Shown: piece by piece, positions 52,195-64,000 of the stretch
Layout of the letters: every line of letters starts with the position of its first letter
Numbering within the stretch: the first letter of the stretch is position 1
Assembly: GCA_013239625.1 (NCBI GenBank)
Contig: MU056000.1
Span: forward strand, 11,545,175-11,609,174
Direction of reading: 5' to 3'
Origin: Lama guanicoe
Taxonomy: Eukaryota
Length of the DNA stretch: 64,000 bases
Made by a program: the position numbers and the translations under genes
Notes under the pieces: generated by a model
Database searches by the model: none
Told to the model about the DNA's origin: nothing
The model's input: only the letters and a program-made list of their open reading frames with translations

Positions 52195-55100
52195 CTAAAA
52201 GAAAAACAGAGGCATGTAAGAAAAAGGTGCTGTGTATAATTTAAAAAGGAAAAAAAAACATTTTCAGCCCCATGTTTGCTCTTCATGTTAGACCCTTTTC
52301 AATCTGATCGGCCCCCAAATGAATTTTTTCATTTCATCCAGGCTATAAAAAATAGACAAGCAGATAAAGATTAATGAATTGCCTCAGCTTCATTATTTTC
52401 AGTAATTCACCATTCTGCAAGTTTAATCTAGTTCTATTCCAGATAACAGGACTGAGTGTGGACGGCCGAGGAATATTTAGTACCCAGGAATCATATTAAC
52501 ATCTTTCACACATGCATGAAATTAAATACACTCTGACGAAACACGATGAGGAAGGAGTCCACTATTTGGAAATTTATTTTGTTCTCAACACATTCAGCTA
52601 CTGCAAAAAAAGGGATTTATCTCTTCCTTGGTGGAAAAAAAAATGTAAAAAGCAAATAAATGTTATACAAGAACATCCATGAAAAATCATTTAACAAACT
52701 AAAATAATTACAAGGGAACTATAAAATTGTATGTTATGTGTTATTGGTACATTTCATATAGTTAGATATTACAGATATTACTGGCTATTAATTATCTAAT
52801 GAGTAATCCATAAAGCCATTATTTGTCAAGATTTAGAATTTGTACATGAAAGAGTATCTTTGAAACTCACAAACTGTATGAGCACACACCATTCAGTGGG
52901 GAGAATAATTTGGTGTCCAAAGCATCAATGTTTGAACGGATTTATAGCACAAATGATGAAAAATCTTTTGAGGGTGTTAACTTGAGAATTAATCAGTCAT
53001 GCTCCCACTTTGGCGTAATGGAGACAGAAACAAAACTAGGATTGCTGTGATGGTCTGTCTGCCAGCACGCAGTGAAACTCAAAATAACCGGCACCATCTC
53101 ATTGTGCGGGAGAGCGTTGTGGCTCTTGCAACATGTGGCTTGTCAGAAGAATTCCTAAACAGTTTAAATAACCTTTAAAAACAAATGAGCTTAAACAACC
53201 ACTGCCCATCGGGTGAATGTGGTATTTCCTTAATGTCTTTACTTACCTGAAGTCTGACTATGTGCATCCCCCAGTGGCAGTCTGCCACTGCTCAGAACTT
53301 CCCTCTGTCCCTCAGTGCCTCTGCCTCTGCCTCTCATCGTAACATTCATAGATAACAGTTTCAAATATGCATTTAATCTTGCATATTCTTGGATACTATT
53401 AAATTCTACGTTTGTTGAAGATGAAATATCAGAATGCATCTGAAATATTTCATTCTCTAAAGTCATTTACGTTATGCTTCTCTTAAAAAAACAGACCCAA
53501 ATGACAAAGCTTGTGGAGTCTATAAAAAAGGTATTTGTAACCACTTTAACATGAAGCTTCATTTATTGAAAAGTGATTCTTGCTTCTACAATTCTGTATG
53601 AATAGTAAGTAAGCTAGTCAATATTATTTTACCATTAGAAATGGATCAATGTATTTCAAGCACATGTCTGAAGTTTTTTTTTTTTTAGCTAGCTTCCTGG
53701 AATAATTTTAAACATATTAATTTCAAACAGCTAGGCATTGAATTTTAAACCGTTTAAATTTGCTGCCACCAGACAAGTGTGAAGTGTCAATGTCTGTGTC
53801 TCGTTTAGTTTTGATGTTCATTAAAATTTGCATTAAATGCAACAACATGGTAAGCAATACAGAACACTACTTCCAGCTAATTCTGTTCTAGATGGGTGCT
53901 GTCGTGTCTGTATGCACCACGTGGTCCTTTGTCAGTTTACTAGTCACATCAAATTAATGAAAACAAAGCAGCCTTTTAAATCCATGAGGCAAAGTTGTCC
54001 TGTGTGTGTGTGTGTGATTTTCATATAATGGGCCACATGTTTCAAAAGACATAGGCCTGAAACACAGGAGCTGGGGGATCAAAAGGAAGTGAAGAGGGTT
54101 CACCTCAAATGAGCTTTGCATCCTGACATCTAGTTTCCTTTTGCCAGGAATCCTTTACGTTCCAGATGCATTACATAACTTTGGCGGAGTTCCCTTTGGA
54201 CAGCTCAGTATTGTGTAATTAATTAGATTTGGCCTCCATTAGGCTGATTAATTAGTTGGCCCAGACTGTCTGCGCGCCAGTTCAGTAACAACGTGATGGT
54301 CACAGGCCGCAGGCACAGTGGAGTGGACCCTGCTGGGCCTTTGCATCCGGGCGAACTGGTGGGGGTGATTTTATGCTGCTGTAGTGTGTCCCGGGACACG
54401 GGAAACTGTGTGGCTTTGGGCTCAGAGCCAGCATGACGGCAAGGTCTGGGAAGCCGTGCTCAGGTGGCAGGTTTCCCACGTGTGAGGCTCGGCAGATCCT
54501 CGACAAGGACGGTGAGCGAACAAAGGGACAGACTTACTAAGAGAAAGAAACATGGATGCTTCACACCTGTTTGGTGTTGCCAAGTTTAAAATGGGTTAAA
54601 ATTCAAATGCCTGGCTCTTTGAAATGACTGGGTTTAAAATTACATCAGGAAGCTGAGAAAAAAAGAATGACTCTTGATTACAATACACTGGGAAGCTCAA
54701 TTATTTACTCTTATTATAGAAAGCATTTTTCATTGTGGATAGAAGAAGTAATTCGAGATTTTTGAAGCTTGTTTTTAAAGAAGGTTAAACTGTTCAAAAT
54801 CTATAATGAGCTCTCTAAAATTTTTGGTTTTGTATCACTTCACTAATGATGCAAATGTGCAAATGTGTCTGAACATGCAGAGACGTTCTTCACATACTGA
54901 TAAACATTCAAATTAGTAACACTGCACTGAACAGCTAAAAAGGACAGACCATTAAGGAAATGGAAGTTATTAAACCAACTAGAAATACAGAGATTTCTCT
55001 TTGAACACTGATGTCATCTTGATAATTTCTTTATCCACTATATACTGCTCTCTTATTTTTACCATTATGTGCAGAAAATGGGATTGTTTATATTCTTCCT

Positions 55101-55639
55101 CTAGGAAAATAGTGTTTTTCCCACAACTAGGAAACACCCACTCAGCACCCCTGGCCTGGAAGTCTCATATTATCCACCAGCCTCAACCGAAAGGAGCTGT
55201 GTGAACGGACCATGAACTTGGACAATAAAAACAGAAGATGAGTGTCTTGTGGCTTCTCTCTCTCCACCCCAATGGTATCCAAGACCTGGATTTCAATTTG
55301 TAAGACACTTCTGAATCTTGAACAAAATTTGTCAACTGCTGAACACTTTCGTCCTCTAAAATTTGATATGTAAATATGTGCATATTTTTTCATTTAAATT
55401 TCTTCCCAGGTTTGGAAAGGAAAGTAATATAACAATAACCAGATTAGTTAAATAATTGCTATTATTTCCTTTGTTTCCATAAGATGTAAATAGGTGTGAC
55501 TCCCTTATATTCCTGAAAAGCTGTTCTCTTCTACGCAGCTATTGGACCTATGGTTTCCAACAAAAATAGGGCCGATTGGCTCCTCTTCTGGAAGTCCATT
55601 CTCTTTAGCATACTAGAAGATATAATTTAATAATCATGG

Positions 55640-55815
55640 CCTATGTTTATCCAGGGCTAAAATGTGCCAGGCACTTTTCTGATAAGTTACATGCATTAAC
55701 TCATTAACAGAGGCAGAGAGAAGTTAAACAATTTGCCCGAAGTTAAACACCAAGCAAGGACTGGAGCTAAACCCAGGTGGTCTGGCTTCTAGGTTCATGC
55801 TCTCAGCCCTTATGA
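55640..55815 (-). mobile_element. MIR SINE
   Basis: atgtgccaggcact...acatgcattaactcatt...aggcagagagaagttaaacaatttgcccgaagtta. Confidence 0.65.
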
Positions 55816-58124
55816 TGTCTGATAATTTCGCTGAGCTCTGATGACAATTAATTGCATGCCCCACTGTCTTTTCAGTGCCATGGCAATTTTCCTGATCAAA
55901 ATTTCGAGTCTGCCTTCCCTGGTCTAATGAAATAGCTTTCTTGCTGGATGTCCAGCGGTGAGTTACCTGCTGATCCTCTGTGTAACTCCTAAGTCTACAT
56001 TCCTGAGGAAAGGAGAGCCGCCCCTGCTGGGCTGGACTCCAGGCTCCAACAGGGAGATTAAATATCTGGTTCAGCACACATTCCCCGTGCCTGGCACGTA
56101 ACTGTTGCTGGAAGGATGAAAGAAATGGATGACGGAATATTATGAGGAAGAGAGTAAAGAAGGGAAGAAGGAAGTCGGAAGGAAGGAAGGGAGGGAAGAG
56201 AGAGGTTCACTCCTCACTTCGGTTTCACCTGACTTCTTTATGTTCTCCCCAATGCCACGTACATTTCACTTTGGCCCCTCTTTGCCTCTGAGCACCTTCC
56301 TCCCTGGCACACAGTGTCCTTCTTCCCTTTCTCACCTGGTGACATCTCTCATCCATCCATAACTGGTTGTGACGGCAACTCTTCTAAAAAGCTGTCCCCT
56401 TTCTGCCCTTCCTCTTCTAAGCAGAACCTCTCTTTGTGGGCCCCACAATCCACTATTTATACTTCTGCTGCACGTAGATTTTTTTCTCGCTGGAATCCCA
56501 GATAGATGTTAATCTCCCTGTTGTCCACGGACTGCATGTCATCAAGGAAGACACCCTCCCTTGTGTTCACCAAACAGCCTAACACACCTGGTCAACGCTT
56601 TAAATACACTATATTCTGATTTTAGTTTCCGTCACCTATCTGATTGCAGGATTAACATTCCCTCCACACCCATTCTATCATTGCCTGCAGGATAAAGGTC
56701 CAGACACCAGTGAGAAGAGAAATGAGACTTTAAACTCAGATCTGTTTCCAAAGCCTAAGTTCTTTCTAAAGTGTCCTTCTTTCTCTCTGACTGCTCTTAC
56801 AGTGGGCCTTCTCTCTGCCCACTTAAACTGACACATCTTACATCTGAAAGCAAAACCGAAAAGGACATAATTAAACCTATCTAAAGGGTAGTTGTAGAGA
56901 TGACAAAAAGTCAACAAAAGCAAAAAGCAGCTCAGCAGAGCACCAACTAAATCTGCCCTGTGTTTTCCAAATGGCATCTTCATGTACTTCTTGAGTCTGA
57001 AAGTTGCAGTTTGTTAAATGGATATTAACATAAACATGACACTCTCAAAGAGTTATACTTTTAAAAATTTTAATGATGTTTGGAAAGAATTAAATAAACA
57101 TACAGTGGAACTTATTTAATGTTCTCTTTATATACAACTATTCGAAGATGCAACAAGTAAGGTCCATCAGTCCTAGAAAGATGCAGAAAACGTGTGTGGC
57201 CCCCACTTGGGAATCATTGTGTGTGAGGGTCCATGTGGGAGTGGTACCCTTCATGGGAGATTGGATAAATACCTCAATAATGACCACATACTGCTGTGAA
57301 ACCATAGCAACAATTGTTGCCCTCCACAATGAAATCTTACAAATTATCACAGGTTTATTGCTGCCTTCAGACAAGAAAGGATGAGAGAAAAAGCTAGGAA
57401 TTTTGGTTAAAGAAATGATGGGAGGCCAAGCCAAGGCAAGACCGAGTCTCCCCCGTGTATAAATCACTTCCAGGCAGCAAGCTGAGAACCGGAGGAGAAA
57501 GGCGACTACTCCATCAGGCCTCCAGGAAGCTATTTAGAAAGATGTTCCTGTCATTCTGTTGTCTGAAAGAGTTAATGCAGCTTCTCAATTTAGAATCCAA
57601 TTTCCTCCCCGAAAATACCACGTGCTCAGAGGGAGTGAGGCTGAACTCCGAGGAAGTAGACTCGCTCAGTGTGTGTTAAATCATTCAGTCCGAAGCACTG
57701 TTTCGTCTTTGCTTTTACAAGGCAGGCCAGATATGAATCACAGCTAATAGATTTGTAGTGCAATGATTTATAGCATGCAGTGTGACAGAACACCTGCTCT
57801 TAAGAAGTGTCCTCTTCACAAAAACGAATTTAGCCAACACTTATTTTCAGTCATCTTTAGACGGTGTTTAAATTGAACCACTAAAGTTGGGCTTTGAAAT
57901 GCTGGCAGAAAACATCTCAATATGTGATCAATTTGACGTGCAGATAAAACATTCAGTTAATTATATGCCCATTCTTTGTAGAGTTGTATTTATAGGCTGC
58001 ATATTAAAAGTGATTTCATGGTTTAATATGAGTCTTCACTGCAAGAAAAGCATTTTCATAAACTTATCAGACCTGAGATAAAAGTCAGACAAAAGAAGTT
58101 TGCTTTGCCTGAGAAAGGTGAAAT

Positions 58125-58198
58125 CTAAACAGCCAAGAGAAAATAATTAAGGAAACCTGAAACTGCTTCTTTGAAATATTAATAAAATTGATAAATCT
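58125..58198 (+). mobile_element. Old L1 ORF2 fragment, left flank of the provirus
   Basis: ttctttgaaatattaataaaattgataaatct resembles the L1 ORF2 WFFEKINKIDKPL segment. Confidence 0.65.
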
Positions 58199-58461
58199 TA
58201 AAGAGGAAAAGATCATAAGTTTTCTATGGCAGGACAATCAAACTAAGACAGAAAGAAAAAACAAATGACATGGCCCTTTGGGTGTTGGCTTTTCCCAATG
58301 GGCAGTGTGCACCTACATCATACGTTAACCAGACATCCTCAAAGCAGGAGGCTGAAATCAACCTTTGAGGAAAGTTGGTCCCTTTCTTCAGATGCCAGGA
58401 TTGTAACTCTATGACTGATTTTTGTTTTTCACCTCATACAAGGGGTCGCACTGACCAAAGC
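58199..58461 (+). mobile_element. Truncated 5' LTR (U3 portion only)
   Basis: Aligns by eye to 63345-63600. Similarity stops at tgaccaaag, and RT-like sequence follows directly. Confidence 0.88.
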
Positions 58462-61400
58462 GTCCACCCTATATCCGACAACATCCACTCAGATCAGGCG
58501 CACTAAATGGAATAAGACTTATTATTCAGGAATTCCTTAAGAAAGGACTTATACTTCCTTGCCCAGTTCCTGCAATACTTCTTCTTCTCAGTAAGAAAGC
58601 CAAATGGAAAAGGCTGGAGGTGTGTTCAATACCTGAGGGCTATAAATAACAGTGTGATTCTTCGCCACCCTGGGGTCCGTAATCCTCAGCCATTGCAGGG
58701 GACACCTATTACTTCTCAGTTATAGACCTGTGCGGTGCGTTATTTAGTATTCCAGGAGAAAAACCAAGCCACTTCCTCTTTGCCTTTACTGGGAAGATCG
58801 TCAATCCACTTAGACCATTCCACCACAAGGCTACCCTGAAAACCCTACTTATTTTTCTCAAATACTTGAAGCTGATTTGGCTAACGTACACCCCTAGTGG
58901 TTCTGCTTTAATTCAGCAAGTAGATTACTTTTGTGTTCTAGAACTCAACAGGACTGCCAAAGAGACGCTATTCACCTATTGCAACAATAAGCCTCGAAGG
59001 GGCATAAGGTGTCCAAAGACAAACTACAAGTCTGCTTACCAACTGTGAAATATTTAGGTCATTTAATATCTAAGGAAGGATTGTTGATTGATTCTGAAAG
59101 AATCAAGGGAATCTCAGCTTTCTCACTCCTCTAAACAAAGAAATAACTAAGAGGGTTTCTAGGTCTAACGAAATTGTGCAGGAATTGGGCACCTAGTTTT
59201 TCCCTCATTGCCAACCTCTCTATGCATTACTTAAGTCTGACCAGTCAGACCCAATTGAATGGTTGACCAAAGAAGGCTATAAATGCCTTAAAACGTGCGT
59301 TAGCCCAGGCTCTGGCATTAGGCCGTCCTAACTGTACATTACCACTTTTCCTCTGTGCGCGTGGAGCTAGAGTAAGCGCCCCGGGCGTATTAACTCAGAG
59401 GCATCGCCCCAGAGCGTATTACAGTCAGCAGTCAGATCCGGTGGCAAAGGGGCTCCCACCCTGCACGAGGGCCCTTCCAGCGACAGCTCTCTTATGCAAA
59501 GCTACTGAAGAACTTGTAATGGGATCTCCTCTGACTTGTTATGTTCCTCACTCAGTTGTATCTCTCTTAAATTCTCATCAGACTCAACATTATTCTGTGA
59601 GTCGCTTGGCCTCTTATGAAGTATTGTTTACCCTTTTCACCCATTATTACCTTGGCTCCATGTAATAGTCTTAACCCCACAACTTTGCTTTCAGCACGTC
59701 AAGGTGACAACAGTGATGAATGCATTACACTACCCAACCATCTTCCTACTCCTAGGGCTGACGACTTACAAGGATCTCCATTGATAATGCTGATTCAATT
59801 TGGTTTACAGATGGATCCTACAGAAAGGATGAGCAGGGACATTATCGAGCTGGCTATGCGATAATTTTGATAGTGGAAATAATTGAAAGTTTATGCTTAC
59901 CAGACACCAAATCAACCCAACAAGCTAAGTTGATTGCATTGATTAGGGCTTATCAATTAGCCAAAGATCAAATAGCCAATATTTATACTGATAGATGCTT
60001 TAGAGTGGCTCATGATTTTGGAATGCTATGGAAACAGAGAGGATTTCTCACCTCTTATAGCCAGCCTATAAAGAACGGACAGCTAGTCTCAAAACTTTTA
60101 GACCTCATGCAATTGCCTACACAGCTGTCTATCATTAGAATACCTGGACATTCCAGTTCTGGCTCAGTAGAAACCAAAGGGAGTCAACTGGCTGATGCTG
60201 CAGCTAAACAAGTTGCCTTAAGCCTTGTCCCAGTCCAATTTCAAGAATGTCTTTTGCTCAAACATAACTCTGATGAAACTGCTAAGAGATTTCTTTTGCA
60301 GGCTCAGGAACTAGCTTCAGAGAATGAAAAGCAAGCCTGGAGGTAAAAAAAGGAGTACTTTCTGATCCCATCTCACAAATATGGTTCAGATCAAATAAGA
60401 AGCCTGTGGGACCTTAAAGTGCTCAGTTACCCTTACTCCAACATGTACCTTCCCTGACCCATCAGGCACCTGAGAAAATGATGTTATGGGGAAAACAATA
60501 TGTCTGGAAACCATCACCCACTATAGTGGGAGCTATAGCTCATAAATTTTATGACTGATATTCTATCTGTCCTAAATATAATCCTGGTAAACTCCTTCCT
60601 GGCTCTTAGAGCCACTTCCCCTTCCCTAAGGGACCTTTTGAAGTTTGGCAACTGGACTTTATCCAAGTGCTTTCCTCTCAGGGCTATAAACGCATCCTGG
60701 TAATGGTATGCATGTTTTCACACTGGGTGGGAGCATTTCCTTGGAGAAGGGCAATGGCCTTAATGGCACATTACTATTGGAAAGAATAATTCCAATTTGG
60801 GGAATTCCTTCTGAGTCGCATAGCAGCCGTGGAACCCAGTTTGTTGGACAGATTATTAAATCCACTTGTAAGACTTGGCCAATAATACAGCATTTTCACT
60901 GCGCCTATCACCCTCAATCCTCAGGACTAGCAGAAAGGACAAATAGCACCATTTAAAAACACAACTGGCTAAATTTTCAGTTATTACTCTTCCATGGCCA
61001 AAAGCTCTTCCCTTGGTACTCCTCAATCTCAAGTCTATCCTCTTTGGCAAACATCAATTGTCTCCTTTTGAAAGAATTACTGGGCGACCTATGCATCTAG
61101 ATGAAGTTGTATATGAACCAGTGTATTCTACATTATTGTCAAGGACTCATCAAAGCGCTTAAAGAAAATGAAAAATTAGTAACTGGTTACTTCCACAGTG
61201 CGCATCTGGGAGATGAAGACCTTAAGGACCATGGGTTACAGCCTGGGGATTTTGCCTACTGGAAAAGACACCAAATGAAGCACTCCTTACAACTACCTTG
61301 GAAAAGACCATGTCTAGCATTGTTAACAAATCCCTGTGCTGTGAGACTTGAAGGAGTAAGGTCTTAGATTCACATTTCTCACCTCAAAAAGATCCTCCCT

Positions 61401-61530
61401 CCTGAATGGACTGCAACTCCTATTTCTGAAACCAGGCTTCGACTAACTAAGAAAGGCCCCGCCAAACCAGGACTAGAAGCAGATGACAGCAGTGGCAGAC
61501 AGCTAACCCAAGAGTCTGGACCAGGTCTAT
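58462..61530 (+). pseudogene. ERV pol pseudogene (RT - RNase H - integrase) with multiple stops and frameshifts
   Basis: RT: VRKPNGKGWRCVQYLRAINN, YFSVIDLCGALFSIP, PQGY, and a degenerate YVDD box (QQVDY, ~58914). RNase H: WFTDGSY, AKLIALIRA..NIYTD..AHDFGMLWKQRGFLTS. Integrase: WQLDFIQ, WGIPSESHSSRGTQF, AYHPQSSGLAERTN, LQPGDFAYWK. Confidence 0.95.
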
Positions 61531-61571
61531 AAGACTTGTTTTACCAGTTCAAACTGCCTCTGCCCATCAAA

Positions 61572-62890
61572 ATGCTTGTCTCTCTATTAAAATTGAAAGT
61601 TATTATTCTATTTCCAGCTATGTTTTGTGCCAATGTTTAGGATGGAAAGAAAACTCTTTAGTAAAACTATCACAAAGCTTACCCACTGTGGGTAATTTAA
61701 CTGGTTGTTGGCTTTGTCATCAAATTCCTCAGTCACTACCAGGCCGATTTAAACCCCTTGTGATTCCTGTCACTGAATTTTCAGATGTTCCTAATGTTAC
61801 CACTTGGATAAACCTTCCTCTGGCCTAAACTTCCAGGTTCAAATTCTCCAAAACATTAATATATCATCCCTTGCCTGACACTATCCTCAGTTATTAGAGA
61901 CTGGACACAACCTACCCTAGGCCCCCCTCGCTCTGTCCCTTACTTAATTAGCAGATATCTTAAAGAAAAAAACACAAGTCACTTGTGCCAACAACTCCCC
62001 CACATCAATGATCATATGGATAGTTTTTGGAAAGCCTGCTAAAGAAATGACCTATGGTTTAATACTGTGTCAATAAAACTTCCAATCAACAATGGTATCA
62101 TTGAAACCACTCTGGAAGGAATCACTTGTGCTCCCCCAGGTTTTGTCTTTAAATGTGATATTCGAACTGACCCAGCTTCCTACGAGTGGTCACAAAAATG
62201 TCTAAATAGCTGCCACGTAGGTTTATGCTTATTGGAATGTTATGTTACCCCTCTATCTATATACAAAGAAACTGATGGACCTCCTTTTTCTTCCCATTAC
62301 AAAGTCAAAAGAACCATGCTAGCAGAATACCAAGATACCTGGTGGCAAAGTCTTTTTGGAATCTTGGTTCCTAGTGCAAGAGTATATGTGAACAGAGATA
62401 TCCTTAGAAATCTATCAGCCATCATTGGTCAAAAGGCTGAAGAAACTGCAAAAAAGCATTGAAGCGCAGCAGAAACCTCTCAGTTCTTTAGCTCAAGTAG
62501 AATGAGATGGTAAGATTGCCTTAGATTTCCTACTGGCCAAACAAGGTGGCATTTGTGCTATAGCTCACGTTACTTGTTGCAATTACATCAACACGTCCAG
62601 AAGGGTTGAGACATCTCTGGAAAAGATTTTCCCCAAAGCAAAATGGTTTCAAGGTATAAGAAAGACTGACCCTTTAAATGACCTCTTTTAGTTGCCTCCC
62701 CTCAGGAGTAGGAACCTTTTCCGGCTCTGCTTTATAGACAATTGTTATTTTCATTGTATGTGTTATTCTTTTCTTTGTTACCAAATTATTTATGACACGT
62801 ATCACTGCTTGTTTTAAGTCTACTGCCAAAAGCATACATATAGTGATTGTACAACAAACTGATACTATTGATCAAATATACACTCTATAA
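61572..62890 (+). pseudogene. ERV env pseudogene (gamma-type SU/TM)
   Basis: Signal-peptide remnant, then WKENSLVKLSQSL..NLTGCWLCH (CXXC motif). Furin site KVKR at ~62301-62312. Immunosuppressive-domain-like IALDFLLAKQGGIC and CX6CC (CAIAHVTCC, ending 62580), then a hydrophobic anchor at ~62740-62790. Interrupted by stops and frameshifts. Confidence 0.93.
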
Positions 62891-63212
62891 TACTTCCTGC
62901 ATCAAATATTTCTATGCTTGCTTACTGCCTTTAATTAGATTACTAAGATAAAATAAATAATAATGCTTAAATGAACTGAAACTGATGATCACATCCATAT
63001 AAGATAATGGACATGCACACTACACATATAAGGTTCAATTGGCATAAGTTCTATTGGACACCCTGACATTGGCTCTGTTTCATTGCCAAGCAACCTACTG
63101 GAACAGTTTCCTAAAAAGAAAAAAAGAATTGGGCTATCAAGGCCCAGCATCGAGGGACATCATAGATCCAGGGCAGGTAAGCAACCACCCTGGCATCAAG
63201 GGACCAAATAGT

Positions 63213-63362
63213 TGATCATCCGATGCTTTCTATCAAAAGATTTTTGGTCAAAAGGGGGAAGATAATGAGGAAAATATCACTGATCATCCGATGCTTTCAA
63301 ATCTTTCAAATCTATCAAAAGATTTTTGGTCAAAAGGGGGAAGATAATGAGGAAAATATCAT
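63213..63362 (+). repeat. Tandem duplication of the proviral PPT/U3 boundary (~68-80 bp unit)
   Basis: tgatcatccgatgctttc...tttttggtcaaaagggggaagataatgaggaaaatatca occurs at 63213 and 63281. Confidence 0.93.
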
Positions 63363-63837
63363 CAATTTTCTATGGCAGAACAATCCAACTAAGACAGAAA
63401 GAAAAAACAAATGACATGCCCCCCTTGTGATAAGTCTTTCCCAACGTGCAATGTGTATCCATATTATACGTTAACCAGACCTCCTCAAAGCAGAATGACA
63501 ACCTTGAGAAAAGTCAGCCCCTTTCTTCAGATGCCAACATTGTAACTCTATTATTAATATTTCTTTTTAATCTCATACAAGGGGTCACATTGACCAAAGG
63601 TTTGTTCTGTACATGCATAACTGACTGAAAAAAATTGATGAACTGTGTGCACAATGCTAACTTGTCAATATGTTACATAAACTCTTTGCCTCAAAAGTAT
63701 GTAAAACTGCATTTCTAACTCCTGATCAGTGGAGAAGTTCTCAGATCTTCTGAGAATCTGTTTCCCTGGTTATAATCCTCAGTTTGGCTCGAATAAAATT
63801 ATCTTTTCTTTCTTCCTAGCTTGATTGTTATTTGATA
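63345..63837 (+). mobile_element. 3' LTR (ERV1, MER4/MER41-like group)
   Basis: Follows the PPT. Contains a TATA-like tatgtaaaa (~63698) and AATAAA at 63792-63797. The R region resembles the LTRs at 2385 and 5470. Confidence 0.88.
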
Positions 63838-64000
63838 AGAGTAGTAAGAGACTATTATAAACAACTTTAAGCCAATTAATTCAATTACACAGATGAAATT
63901 AACAAGTTCTCTGAAAAACATAACTTTAAAAAACTGACTCAAGAAGAAACTGAAGGTATGAATAACCCTATATACAATAAATTGACATTTTAATCAAAAA
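63838..64000 (+). mobile_element. Old L1 ORF2 fragment, right flank of the provirus
   Basis: Encodes RDYYKQL.AN..DEINKFSEKHNFKKLTQEETE..NNPI, matching L1 ORF2 RDYYEQLYANK..DEMDKFL..LPKLNQEE. Confidence 0.8.

Larger units (their letters stand above)
58199..63837 (+). mobile_element. Degraded class I (gamma-like, ERV1) provirus: truncated 5' LTR - pol - env - PPT - 3' LTR; gag, pro and PBS absent
   Basis: Homologous LTR starts at ~58199 and ~63345 (shared ttttctatggcag.acaatc.aactaagacagaaagaaaaaacaaatgacatg...ctcatacaaggggtc). RT, RNase H, integrase and env motifs lie in order between them. PPT is aaaagggggaa. The element is antisense to MARCHF11. Confidence 0.95.

Noticed and set aside
59867..60346. 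159-aa RNase H ORF as a domesticated gene
   Set aside because: It is a fragment between frameshifts and stops of a decayed pol, and the neighbouring domains are disrupted.
62067..62462. Env ORF as an intact syncytin
   Set aside because: It is only 131 aa. Stops and frameshifts separate the signal peptide, SU and TM, so no full-length envelope can be made.
1..64000. CRISPR arrays, tRNA/rRNA genes, operons or prokaryotic defence systems
   Set aside because: The DNA is eukaryotic intronic/intergenic sequence. I saw no repeat-spacer periodicity or structured RNA gene signature, and the RT here is retroviral.

Overview
This is mammalian (eutherian) genomic DNA, AT-rich and repeat-dense, not prokaryotic. 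The only host gene I can support is MARCHF11 (MARCH11, a RING-CH membrane E3 ubiquitin ligase) on the minus strand. Its last two coding exons are here: the two-transmembrane exon (52002-52194) and the terminal exon (coding part 29882-30204), which ends in the PDZ-binding motif VTSV. The RING-CH exons lie beyond the right edge of the window, and 1 to ~29.2 kb is downstream intergenic sequence. The rest is transposable-element debris: MIR, L2, old L1, MLT1/MaLR LTRs, hAT and Tigger DNA transposons, ERV1 LTRs, and a degraded gamma-type provirus (58.2-63.8 kb) with pol and env remnants but no gag. The most unusual structure is a recent two-step overlapping tandem duplication (X-Y-X-Y-Z-Y-Z, 40668-47813) in the last intron, which triplicates a ~0.9 kb segment. 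The repeat content suggests a cetartiodactyl, possibly a camelid (inference only). I found no convincing new biological system, and nearly all ORFs in the supplied track are spurious. Repeat subfamily names come from recalled consensus sequences and need RepeatMasker/Dfam confirmation. Repeat boundaries are approximate unless a target-site duplication (TSD) or terminal inverted repeat (TIR) is quoted.
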